Notes under the pieces: model-generated | Told to the model about the DNA's origin: nothing | The model's input: only the letters and a program-made list of their open reading frames with translations | The model's database searches: none | Source: Mobula hypostoma | Lineage: Eukaryota | Length of the DNA stretch: 64,000 nucleotides | NCBI RefSeq assembly: GCF_963921235.1 | Contig: NC_086108.1 | Span: 94,614,001 to 94,678,000, forward strand | Direction: 5' to 3' | Program-made: the position numbers and the translations under genes | Shown here: piece after piece, positions 23,150 through 34,682 of the stretch | Layout of the letters: every line of letters begins with the position of its first letter | How positions within the stretch are numbered: the first letter of the stretch is position 1

Positions 23150-25340
23150 ACAATTTCCTAACCTTCCCGAACCCTCTGGAGATACGTTGGATCAATACAA
23201 GGCTACCGGACCTAGGAAAGGTGGGCGACTCCATTCCGCTGTGAATTCACTTCCCATCGGTAAATGCGCCCCGATTTAAACGAGGGCTTCAGTGTGCTTT
23301 AGAGGCAGCGCCAGGGTTGTCCCTGAAGTTCATATTTGGCTGGACCAGCTGAAGACTGGAAGAAATAAAGAGATGATGCATCCACCGCAAGGCCTCGGTG
23401 GGGAAGGGCCACGTCTAGGGCTCTTCCGCTATTGGACAGCGAGGGGCCGAGATGGGCGAGGAAGTCCATCAGTGACAGTATTGTAGTAGTGCATCACCGC
23501 AGGGAGTCACCAGGTCTATTGGTTTTAAGGGGTTTAATAGAATGCTACGTAAAACATTGATTATGAATGTAAGGATGGAAGGGTTTTTATTGTATTTTAT
23601 AATAAATAAAATGTCTTACGATATTAAAAAAGGATCGGGGAGGAGGAGTGGGCCGCTGTACCACAATGACAATGCGGAGAGCCTGAGGCAGCTCGCTTGT
23701 CCACTCCCGGCTCTTTGTAAATATATACGCAAGAATTGAGTTTGTGATCGATTTCTGAAGCTTGCAGCCTATTATAAATGTGTTAATTTTCTAGATCAGG
23801 GGTCCCCAGTCTTTTTTTTAAATGCCACAGACCCCCACCATTAACCGCGGACCCCAGGCTGGGAACCCGCCGTCCAAATGGACGCGTTCCGTCTATAAAT
23901 CTCAAACTCCGCAGACGTTGTTTGACCCCCTGAGTATGTCTGGCATTTTATGCGCCTCTTTGTTTCTAACTTTCCGACCAAATTCCCGATCGTTTGGCAG
24001 CACCCACTGAAAAGTGGCGGATACTTTAAGAGTAACTTCTGCTCAGGTCTGCTGAATAAATGAACTATCACTCGGCCGCATCTCATTTCTTCAGAAATGG
24101 AAAGGAAGCCGATTAAACACGCGTTTGAATTGCAAGAAGGCAGCCTGCAGAGCTTAGTCTACAGCTAAATGTGCAACATATAGCCAATCTGTGCAGAATT
24201 TTTAAAATAACGCTTAACTTTAAATAAAGACTTGTTCTCCCTAGAGCGCAGAAAGTGTGATGGGGTATTGAAAATAATAAGAGCACTCGACAGAGGCAGA
24301 CTGTCTCCAATGGCAAAGGAGCCGAGGTGCTGGCGATACCTTTAATGCGAATAGCATAAATAGAGACGATACTGAACAAACACTTCTTGTTTAAGAAAAA
24401 CATTTGGCTACACTTGGCGGCTGAGGCAGATTCAGGGCGGTTTTCAACTGGGGGTCTGGGAAAAGCCCCAAAACGAAACCACGACGGGACAGCGGGCTCA
24501 AGGGGGGGGGGGCTTGGTCGCTTTGCCCCAATGGGGCGAATGGCCTCTCCCTATACCACTGCAACTCTATGTCAGCGGTACCAGCGACACCCATATCCTG
24601 GCGAGGGAACAGCCCTCTGTTAAAAGACTGCAACATGTAGCAAACCTGCAGACGCGCCTATTAACGTCGCCGGTTCAGACCCCCTGACGGGATGGTTGCG
24701 CAAACCGACCCGTATTTTTAAAGAACTTTTATTTTCTGTAGATGGTCTGTCACCTCTCCGATTCAGAATTCCTAGCACTATTTTAATGCTTCTGTTTCTT
24801 TCCACGAGCTCCTTAAACTTTCCCAGATCTTTTCAAAGATGGAAACATCCCCTCAAAAATGAAGTAAACTTCCATTAGAGTTGATTGCAGTCATCACCAA
24901 CGTCAGAAGCGCAACCAGAGAGGAACACTCGACATTTCAGATGCATTTATCCAAAAAAAAGCAACCAAAAGAAGAGGGTAGCCATTTTCGCCTCAAGGGC
25001 TGCGATTGGAATTCTGAACAAAGCGGCTGTTCTTTTTTAACTGCTTATAGTTTGCATGAATTGTAGCATTCTCCGAGACAAAAAAAACTTTTACACAGTT
25101 ACCCCCGCTGCGTGAATTAATCTACCAAATGCAGATGCCCCGCCAACACAGACATTAAGTGCGTGTTGTTCGGAAACAGCGGGGACTGAGAACGAATCTG
25201 CTCTTAGTAAGAATAAAAACAGACCCCAAAAGCGATGCATAATGTTTCAATCGTTATCAGCAAAAGTGTAAGACTTACTAAGAACAAGGCGAGGTCCGGT
25301 TCCGATTCCGGGAGTAATATCGGGTATGGATGCTAAATCC
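23150..25340. promoter_or_regulatory. CpG-enriched, repeat-poor region downstream of the putative TSS (CpG-island-like)
   Basis: CpG density is visibly higher than in the flanks; there are extra ATTGG motifs near 23431 and 23518 and few recognisable transposons. Observed/expected CpG was not computed. Confidence 0.45.
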
Positions 25341-25344
25341 CAGT
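25279..25344 (-). other. Probable non-coding first exon (5' UTR) of the scinderin-like gene
   Basis: The ATG exon starts at a splice acceptor, so an upstream exon is required. Here an Inr-like ATCACT at about 25344 is followed by a donor TA|GTAAGT at 25279/25278, at the edge of CpG-rich unique sequence. Confidence 0.55.
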
Positions 25345-25415
25345 GATTCTCTCCGTGCTCTGTTTCCTTTTAACCGAGAAGGGAGTGAAAACCACGCTCC
25401 AATCCTATTGGTGAA
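25340..25415 (-). promoter_or_regulatory. Putative core promoter: twin CCAAT boxes, TATA-like TTAAAA, Inr
   Basis: CCAATcctATTGG at 25399-25411; minus-strand TTAAAA at 25373-25368, about 29 nt upstream of the Inr-like site at 25344. Confidence 0.55.
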
Positions 25416-25610
25416 CTTCTGGTTTTTTTATGCTAATTGCCAGCTGTTCTGTCATCGCCGTTTTCGCCCAACTAGTGAGCAGAAGTAAATCTACAGTAAA
25501 AGAAAAAAATATTCATGAAAGTTTCAATGATCCGGGCCTATTTAATGTTTAATTAAACTGCAAATCACCATATGTAAAGAATAGAAGGAAGAGGGCACGA
25601 TCCAGATTCG

Positions 25611-26064
25611 ATCGTTTTCAAACCGTAGTCATGGTCAGTCTTGATGTAATTATGGGAGAGGGGAGAATGAAGGCTTATTAATGTACTTAATAAATTCAGG
25701 AAGACAATTGTGAAAAAAAAACAATTTTTCACAAACATGCAGTGATGACATTCTGAAGGGCTGCAGGTGACATACTGGCTCCAGGAAGGGCAGAGGGTTG
25801 GCAAATGCAGTTTAACAATGTGTTCTGGAAAGCTACAAAATGGTAAATTGTGAAGAAACAGTTCATGTCCTTTGAGAAGCCTTGAAAGGAACATATTTTA
25901 TCTTAAAAGGTAGAACAGGCAGGGACATTAAAATGTCCCTATTCTCCTGCCTTCTCCCTGTAACCTCTGTTTCCTCCACCTCTGCATTTTAAATTTCATT
26001 CACTATCAGTCTTCCATAGAACCATAGAACACTACAGCACAGAAAACAGGCCATTTGGCCTTTC
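25611..26064 (+). repeat. Duplicated block, copy A (copy B at 36750-37200; diverged copy C at about 20961-21182)
   Basis: Direct alignment by eye; high identity to 36750-37200 over about 450 bp. Confidence 0.9.
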
Positions 26065-26529
26065 AAGTCATGGTCTGGTCCGTGAAGTCCACATTCTGGT
26101 TCACGGTCTGGTCTGTAGACTCAGGTCTTCCAGCTGTCCCTTGTTTAGTTGAGTTAATCATAGGCAGCTGATTCCCATCTTGGGGCTTGGAATATAAGTG
26201 GCCTTGGGGTCTGTGTGAGTGGCTGGTTTGTCTTGTCAAGATTTTCTGGGAGCAACCTGCCAGTGGAAGGCTAGAGCGGCCACTTCCCATCTTTAGGCTG
26301 TGTTGGAGAACCATCACTTCATGGAGCCTTGCTGTTGATAGTTGGAGCTGTCTTTGTGGTATGGATTCTGCTGTTTCCTGGGCCAGCTGAGTGGCTGCCA
26401 GCCACTCTGAGCTAGGTACGGATCTGGCTGTTTCTGTAACCAGCTGAGGTTGCTGATGGAACTGTGACTCGGAGCAACTCTGATGCAGAGATGGAACTGT
26501 CTGTCATTCTTTGGTGTTTGTCTCTTCTT

Positions 26530-26700
26530 GTCCTTGCCTCTGTGGGGTTTGTCAGGCCGTTCTGCTGTTGCCCTGTGGGAGGGATCTGTCTTGACCTTGC
26601 CTCCGTGGAGTCAGTCAGGCTGTTCTGCCATTGCCCTGTGGGGGGATTTGTCCTTGCCTCTGTGGGGTAAGTCAGGCTGTTCCACTGTTGCCCTGTGGGG
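26530..26700. repeat. Minisatellite, three units of about 58-63 bp
   Basis: Repeats of gtccttgcctctgtgggg...gtcaggctgttc...ttgccctgtggg. Confidence 0.8.
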
Positions 26701-27197
26701 AGCAACACCACCTTATATTCCGTCTGGGTAGCTTCCAACCTGAAGGCATGAACATCAATCTCTTCAACTTCTGGTAATTGGCCCCCACCTTCACCATTTC
26801 CATTCTCATTTCCTTTTCTCACCTCATCCCCTCACCTGTCCATCACCTCTCTCTGGTGCTCCTCCCCCTTCCCTTTCTTCCATGGTCTTCTACTCTCTTC
26901 TATCAGATTCCACCTTCTCCAGCCCTTTATCTCTTTCACTTATCAGCTTCCCAGCCCTTTACTTCATCCCTTCCCCCCTCCCAGTTTCACCTCTCACCTG
27001 CCACCCTGTACTTCTTCCTCTCCTCCCCCTCACCTTTTTGCTCAAACTTCTCATCTGTGTTCCCAGTCCTGATGAAGGGTCTCAGACCGAAATCTTGACT
27101 GTTTACTCTTTTCCATAGACGCTGCCTGGCCTGTTGAGTTCCTCCAGCATTTTTGTTTGTGTTGCTTGGATTTCCAACATCTGCAGAATTCCCTCGA
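26701..27197 (+). mobile_element. Penelope-like 3' fragment with hammerhead-like motif
   Basis: QHHLIFRLGSFQPEGMNI, pyrimidine tract, CTGATGA...GAAA at 27069-27092. Confidence 0.8.
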
Positions 27198-28842
27198 CTT
27201 TACGTATTTGTTCTCCCAGTTCCTCTGTTCTACAACACTCATCAGTGCCCTCCCATTCACTGTATAATTCCTACTCTGGTTTGAATGTCCAACATACAAC
27301 ACCTCACACTAAGCTGAAATCTATGTTTGCTGTTCCTCAGTCCATTTCCAAAACTATTCAAGATCTCTTTGCAATTCATTGTAACCTATTTCATGATCAA
27401 AGAGACTCCAAATTTAGTACCATCAACAAACGCGCTAATCGTACCATGTACATACATTCAATCCAAGCCATTTCCATGAATAATGAATAACAGGGACACT
27501 AACCTAGATGGTCTTCTCAACAGGGTTTGAATCTCATGAATGCCTAAGTCTATTTAAAATTAGCCTGTACTAAGAGTGGTCTTGGACTTGAGATAGGGGA
27601 TGTGCACTGTGGCCGCAGTCGGTAAAATTGTTTGGGACATGTCCAGGAATGACACTGCGTGGGAGGGCACAGGATTCTGGGCTTCAGAGCAGGAGAAGAG
27701 ATGTGCTCTTTCTGCAGAAAATCAGAAAGCCCCAACCCTCCTCTACCTAGGAATGGAGTGGCGGGGGGTGGGAGTGCAGGAATTGAGGTCACCATTAGGA
27801 TACGAGCCTGGGTGTCTGATGCAACCCGGATCTCTCAGCAGGAGTCAAGTTCAGTGTGTGAGCCTGTCGCCATCCCTAGCCTCATCACTGACCAACAATC
27901 TCCACCAATCAGAACTGATCGTTGGTTCCACCACATCTTCACAATTACTGCCAGAAGCTTCACACCCCTACCTCATAGCTTGCAAGCATCTATTTAACCA
28001 CAGAAGCCCTGTAACCCAAACTGCCAATGATTACTGGCTCCTTGCCCTCTCTCAAACAGGCCACAACAACGCACAACTGGAGAGAGCTGTGGCTGCCTGC
28101 AGGGCACAAGTGTGGTTTAGCCCCGTTCTGTGCAGAGGAGAGGGTGCTCTCTCATTACTGACTTTCAGGCTGATGGCAATGAGGGAAAAATTGAAAACAG
28201 GGTATTGCAGCTATTCTTGTTGCAATCTCCATGCCTCTGGTTCCGCTTCAGGTCACGTTGTACTCCAGGGATGACTCCCAGCTGCTGCTGCTATCAGGAG
28301 CAGTAACCAGTTTGAGCACGATCATGAGATCCCTCTGCACATACACAATGTATGTTATACAATCATTGTGACAGCCAGGTACTTGATGAGAATATTGAGA
28401 AAATAAAATGGGATTAGGGCAGCTGGGTGGAGATATGCCTCCACCAAAGGAAGTGCAAGATAATCCTTCCCTCTGCTAGCCTGCAGGTCACCTTGGGCAA
28501 GGTGTAGCACCTGCTTAGTCACTGCCCACCCCCCAGGGTCAGGGCCACGTGAAACCATGGGAGCAGGTGGTGGATGGTCGTATGTGCATCTGGTGCATAT
28601 GACAAATCCTGGTGATGCGACCACTGACGATCTCTGAAGGGTATTGATAATGACTGGGGTCACCCGTCTCGTAAAGACACTGCCCAGAAGGAGGCAATAG
28701 CAAATCACTCTGTAGAAAAATCTGCCAGGAACAATCATGGTCAAAGAAAGACCATGATTGGTGCCACAACATGGCATGTAATGACGACGATGATGATGAA
28801 AATGGGATTAGTGCAGGATGAATACAAATGTGGAATGGTTTA

Positions 28843-29305
28843 TGCTCAGTGGCCACTTTATTAGGTACCCCCTGTACCTAATAAAGTGGCCACTGAACGT
28901 ATGTTCATGGCCTTCTGCTGCTGTAGCCCGTTCATGTCAAGGTTTGATGTGTTGTGCGTTCAGAGAGGCTCCTCTGCACACCACTGCCGTAACGTGTGGT
29001 TATTTGAGTTACTGTCGCCTTCCTGTCAGCTTGAACCGGTCTGACCATTCTCCTCTGACCCCTCTCACAAACAAGGCGTTTTCGCCCACAGAACAGCCGC
29101 TCACGGGATGTATTTTGTTTAATGCATCATTCTCTGTCAACTGAAGAGACTGTTGCGCATGAAAATCCGAGATCAACAGTTTCTAAGGTACTGAAACCAC
29201 CCTGTTTGGCACCAACAATCATTCCATTGTCAAAGGCACTTCGATCACATTTCTTCCCCATTCTGATGTCTTGCTGAACAACAACTGAACTGCTTGACCA
29301 TGATT
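28843..29305 (-). mobile_element. Non-autonomous Tc1-like element (same family as 52067-52421)
   Basis: TIR ctcagtggccactttattaggtac, here doubled as a hairpin at 28845-28896; residual GKKCD.S.FD.GMIVGA.QGG transposase N-terminus. Confidence 0.75.
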
Positions 29306-30030
29306 GCACTGTGGGAGCATGTTCACCAGGTTCTCCGAGGCTGCAGGTGAAAATTGGGGTGCTGGAAATCTGAAATAAATGCAAAAAGTGCTGGAAGCAC
29401 TCCGCAAGTCAGGCAGCACTGGTGGAATGAGAAACCAAATGAAGGTTTCAGACAGAAGACTTGAGGCTGTCAAGGCACGACCAGACTGGAGTGCAGATAT
29501 TTCACATCTCGTTCAGGCAGGATGTGTTCTCCTGCTGTGCGCCTGACTCCCTCCTCTTGTTGCGCTCCCTGTGCTTTCTGGTTCTACTCCCAGTCACGCT
29601 GTACTCCAGGGAGCATCCCAGCTGGAGCAGTAATGAGTAGCAGCAACCAGTCTGAGCAAGGTCACGAAATCCCTCAGCACCTCTGCACTCAACGATAAAT
29701 TAGAGAGCCATAGTAACAGCCAGCAGATATCCAGTCAGATAGGCTATTGCTTTAAATAGCAATGGAATGAAATGCTTTCTGCTGATGAATGTATGTAAAG
29801 TTAAGCAGTTATTGTTCTACAATGACTGATGTCAACACCTGATTATTCTGCAACACTTCACGATTCAAGATTGTTTATTGTAGTACTTCAACACACAAGT
29901 ATAAAGAAGAACAAAATGATTATTACTTCAAATCCGAAGCAGCATAACAAAACTCAATAGGCATAAAGAACAATAAATATTTTAAAATACAATAAATATA
30001 AAAGCATTTTTATAAAACACAGTGTACAAG

Positions 30031-30595
30031 TGTAACATGCTGTATGGTTTCACTGCTGTGTAACATGCTGTAAGGTTTCACTGATAATGTAATGGTTTCT
30101 CTGCAGCAGCAATGTTTGGGTTATGACTAGAGATAACGGGGTTCAGAACGCTGTTGTTCTTTCTTGTGAGTCTGGAAGAGAGATTTTCATGGTCTTTTGC
30201 CAGGGAGAGATGAGGAGAGAAGACGCGAATGGAGAGAGTTGGTAGACTGCCAGACGGGGTGGATTTGGAGTGAGGGTCCGAAGGGCAGCGATGATCGGAG
30301 GAGGTCGATGGTGGACGAACAGCTTAACAGTGAGCTCCAACATTGCGCAATAGACTGTTTTATAAGAATGGGCCCTTTTTTCTTTTTTTCGTTTCTTTAC
30401 TAACCATATAGTCAAAGTAAGAATTATAAAGCTTAATTGTTTAATCTCATATTGTGTACTGCTTGTTATTTCGGGGTACTGATTTGTAACAGGGGACACA
30501 TCGCATAGCATCCACCCAAACGAGTTTTCTTAAGCTTGGCCAGGCCAGGGGCTATCACCCCCTATATTAAGCTGCGAGCCAAAGCGAGAGTTACA
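30031..30595. mobile_element. Solo LTR (Gypsy-type)
   Basis: TGTAAC...GTTACA termini, 4-bp TSD CAAG (30027-30030 and 30596-30599); the first 28 bp or so are tandemly duplicated. Confidence 0.8.
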
Positions 30596-30639
30596 CAAGT
30601 AACGGTTATATACATACCTGACTGTATGCACATGACATA

Positions 30640-30970
30640 ACACTAGGTAGTGTTAATAATGGTGGGGTGGGTTAATGGGTGAAGGTGTTGATCAGCCTGA
30701 TGGCTTGAGGGATGTAACTGGTTTTGAGTTGGTGGTCCTGGCCTCCTCCCTAATGGGAGTGGCACAAGCAGTCCATGAGCAGGGTGAATCGAATCCTTCA
30801 TGATGTTCCTGGCCATTTTCCAGCACCTTTCCGTATGCAAGTCCTTGATGGCAGGTAGGCTGGTGCTGGTGATGGATTGGGCAGTTCTAACTACCCGTTG
30901 TAGAGTCCTGCCGTCTGATGCAGTACAGTTTCCATACCACACAATGATGCAGCGTGTTAGGCTGTTCTCC
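30640..30970 (-). mobile_element. Rex1/Babar-type LINE 3' fragment
   Basis: WYGNCTASDGRTLQRVVRTAQSIT.TSLPAIKDL...KDSIHPAHGL. Confidence 0.8.
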
Positions 30971-31508
30971 TAGGCTGCATTTCTAATCCTACAATTGTGA
31001 ATACATTTCAAAACTAATCCTGCCCAGGCTGTAAGCTTGCTTGGTATGCGCTACAGTCAAGAACAGTGTTGTTTTTAAAAAGGTTTCAAAACTAGGAAGC
31101 ACTATTTGTCTTGGTTCGATAACTCAAGCAAAGATGGATGTTCGCTGGTAACATTGAAAGACTGGCAAAACAGGGACTCAACTTAACATTTGGAGTTTTT
31201 CTTGTGGAAAAACAATTCTTCAGAAACGAAATAGAAGAAAGGGTTTAAAAAATCTGTGTACTGTCGCTCTTCTCTAACAGGTCTAACCTGTGGAGTCCTG
31301 GATACAATAGGTTTCTATGCTTGGTATATTTATATAATTTACACATTTTACTAGAGGCATCTTGATTGCTTAGACTTTGAATCAAAATTTTGAATGGGGT
31401 AGGTTATCTTTCAAAGAGACTTTTTTTCACTATCGTAAGTTCCAATAAACTAAAAGCAGCTTATTAACCTTATTGATCGGGGAAAAAAAAGACGCAGAGT
31501 AAGATGTC

Positions 31509-32106
31509 AACACGAGGAAATCTGCAGATGCTGGAAATTCAAGCAACACACATCAAAGTTGCTGGTGAACGCAGCAGGCCAGGCAGCATAACAGGAAGAG
31601 GTACAGTCGACATTTCAGGCCGAGACCCTTCGTCAGGACTAACTGAAGGAAGAGTTAGTAAGAGATTTGAAAGTGGGAGGGGGAGGGGGAGATCCAAAAT
31701 GATAGGAGAAGACAGGAGGGGGAGGGATGGAGCCAAGAGCTGGACGGGTGATTGGCAAAAGGGATATGAGAGGATCATGAGACAGGAGGCCCATGGAGAA
31801 GGAAAAGGGCCATCCTTGCCCATCCTCTGGGTTTTTTCCCCCCTTCTCCTTTTCCTTCTCCCTAGGCCTCCTGTCCCATGATCCTCGCATATCCCTTTTG
31901 CCAATCACCTGTCCAGCTCTTGGCTCCATCCCATCCTCTCCTGTCTTCTCCTATCATTTTGGATCTCTCCCTCCCCCTCCAACTTTCAAATCCCTTACTC
32001 ACTCTTCCTTCAGTTAGTCCTGACGAAGGGTCTCGGCCTGTAACGTTGACTGGACCTCTTCCTGGAGATGCTGCCTGGCCTGCTGTGTTCACCAGCAACT
32101 TTGATG
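31509..32106. mobile_element. Non-autonomous Penelope-derived fold-back insertion (two inverted pLTRs)
   Basis: About 31551-31795 is the reverse complement of about 31865-32106; 13-bp TSD AGAGTAAGATGTC at 31496-31508 and 32107-32119. Confidence 0.88.
31605..31640 (-). ncRNA. Minimal type I hammerhead ribozyme motif (Penelope-associated)
   Basis: AGUC CUGACGA A GGGU-CUCG-GCCU GAAA U GUC GACU: stem I AGUC/GACU, CUGANGA and GAAA cores, stem II hairpin, GUC cleavage triplet. Confidence 0.7.
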
Positions 32107-33114
32107 AGAGTAAGATGTCGTAGAGTGGGACAGTAGCATCATCAGCCGTGCTGCTGCCTCAATGCTCCAGGGGTTTAGGTTCATTCCTGACCTCAAGTAC
32201 AGTTTGTACGGAGTTTGCACACTTTGCCTGTGACCATGTGGATGTCCTCGCGGAATTCCTGTTTATTCCCACATCGAAAAGGTGTGTAATATAAAAGCAG
32301 AACTTTTACATCAAAATACGCTTCATTTATAATAAAGCGTATTTACAAGAATATACCTTGCAACGATTTTTCATTCTTACATTTATGGACAAAGTGTTAA
32401 TTATTATATTTCTTAAAGCCAATAGGACTGTTGACACCCGTGTGGCCCCCTGCAGTAGTACACTAGGACAATAATTGAGGGGCTTCCTCGCTCTCAAAAG
32501 CCGAAGCTGGAAACACTCAGAAGGTCAGGCTGCATCGGTGAGATGTGTTGATCTGGCCACTATCAATTCCCCTTTGTATATAGGTGAGTGTGGGATCAGG
32601 GGAGGAGGTGTTGGGAAGAATAAAATGAGGTCCTGAAGAAGGGTCTCGGCCCAGAGCGTCAACTGTTCATTCCTCTCCATAGATACTGCCTGACCTGCTG
32701 AGCTCCCCAACCATTTTGTGTGTGTGTGTTGCTTTGGATTTCCAGTGCCTGGAGACTTTCTCGTGTTTATCATTTCAGGATTAGTGTAAATGGGTGTATT
32801 ATGTGTGGCAAAGATTTGATGCTCTAAAGAGCCTGTTTTCATGATGTATGACTCTGCAGAGGGTGATGAATCCGTGGAATTCATTGCCTCAGAGACTAGA
32901 GCACTGGTTATTGGATATACTTAAAGGCTGGTAGGTTCTCAACTAGTAAAGGTGTCAAAGGTTACAGGTTACAGGGAGAAGTGTCAGTACCTCCAGTTCA
33001 AACTCTGCCTTTTTGTGTGTTTTCCCCCTGGCTGTGGTTTTGTATTGCCATGTCCCCACTCCTGCTCTACTCTGGCCCCTGTATTACTGAGTACTCCATC
33101 TCTCATCTACTTAT

Positions 33115-34092
33115 ATGATTATGATTAAGATTATGAGGACACGCAGTCCCCTTTTATTGTCATTTAGTAATGTATGCATTAAGAAATGATAAAAATGTTT
33201 TTCCAGAATAATATCACGAAAACACATGACAAACCGACTTAAAAACTAACAAAAACCACAATTATAACATATAGTTACAACAGTGTGGGCACCTGGCCAA
33301 GTGGTTAAGGCATTGGACTAGCGACCTGAAGGTCGTGAGTTCAAGCCCCAGCCGACGCAACGTGTTGTGTCCTTGAGCAAAGCACTTAACCACACATTGC
33401 TCTACGACGACACTGGTGCCAAGCTGTATGGGTCCTAATGCTCTTCCCTTGGACAACATTGGTGTCGTGGAGAGGGGAGACTTGCAGCATGGGCAACTGC
33501 TGGTCTTCCATACAACCTTGCCCAGGCCTGCGCCCTGGAGAGTGAAGACTTTCCAGGCACAAATCCATGGTCTCGCAAGACTAACGGATGCCTTTAAGTT
33601 ACAACAGTGGAAAGCAATACCGTAATTTGATAAGAACAGACCATGGCATGGTAAAAATCTCAGCGTCTCTCAAAGTCCCATCATCTCATGCAGACGGTAA
33701 ACCCCCAGCGCTGCAAACTTGCCGATGCAGCATCCTGGAAGCATGCGACCACAGTCCAACTCCGAGTCCGTCCAAGAAACTCCAAGCCTCTGACCACCTC
33801 CCGACATCGATGCACCGAGCACCATCTCTGCCGAGCGTTTCGACCCCAGCCCCGGTAACAGGCGATACGTAGAGCCGAGGATTTGGGGCCTTCGTCTCTG
33901 GAGATTCTCGATCACACAGTAGCAGTGGTAGCGAAGCAGGCATTTCAGAAGTTGCTCCAGATGTTCCTCTGCGCTTCACGGCTGTCCCCATCAAATCCGG
34001 ATTGATGCACGGCCCCCTAGTTACACATATCGATATTCATTCGGAACGGCTGCACGCGCTGTGTTGCGCCACCATCTTCTCCTCCCTCCTCA
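33115..34092 (-). mobile_element. Non-autonomous LINE-derived element (AAGATGG head, (taatc)n tail), same family as 35884-36574
   Basis: The reverse complement aligns with 35884-36574 at both head and tail; interrupted by the SINE at 33286-33596. Confidence 0.7.
33286..33596 (+). mobile_element. tRNA-derived SINE
   Basis: A box TGGCCAAGTGG, B box GTTCAAGCC, 13-bp TSD AGTTACAACAGTG (33273-33285 and 33597-33609). Confidence 0.85.
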
Positions 34093-34682
34093 TAATGCTT
34101 CTCATCGTTACCTGTATTGCTGCCACCTGTGTCTCATTGTGCTCCACCTATCACCTGCCTCTCTGTTTATTGCTCAGTGTATTTCAGTCCTCTGTTTTCA
34201 CCTGTTTGTTGCCAGATTGTACCAATGAGTTTTCCTAAGCCTTTCCAGCATTCATATCTGTACTCTGTCCATCTGAATATTGACTCTGCCTGTTTGCCGA
34301 TTCTGGTTTTTGGATTGCTTTGGAAGTTTTGATCTCTGCCTGAACTTTGACGCTGACTTTGTTTGCACCTTGGGATTTGTTACTCAATTAATATCACTGT
34401 GTGCACAGTACTGGGTCTGTGATTGGATCCCTGCTCCAGTGTCCTGACCAGAAGACAGGAGAATGGAATTGAGAGGGTTAGTAAATCATCCATGATGGAA
34501 TGGCGGAGTAGACTCGACTGTCCGGATGACCTAATTCTGCTCCAATATCTTATGATCTTATAAACCAGAAGCAGCTCAGAGTTTTATCACGGGGGATATT
34601 GGGAGCAGAACACTTATGGTTTTCTCAGCGAACATATCCAGAAGCATTCTTATATACAGGACCACATTTTATAATGTTAATA

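Larger units (their letters stand above)
32982..34450. mobile_element. LTR-like element in a CR1 3' end, carrying two nested insertions
   Basis: TGTCAG start and ...CTGACCA end, TSD GAAG on both sides; the host CR1 tail (ttacagggagaag|acaggagaatgg) rejoins. Confidence 0.65.

Noticed and set aside
25565..25894. Small protein gene encoded by the duplicated block (also 36743-37030)
   Set aside because: No known domain, substitutions between copies often change amino acids, and the third copy is frameshifted; kept only as a non-coding duplication.
26530..26700. CRISPR-like periodic repeat
   Set aside because: Units are contiguous without unique spacers, the context is eukaryotic and there are no cas genes.
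27600..28274. 224-aa ORF
   Set aside because: No recognisable domain, GTG start and no splice support; treated as a chance ORF.
33288..33360. Possible tRNA gene
   Set aside because: A and B boxes are present but continue into a SINE body with a TSD; no complete cloverleaf acceptor stem.
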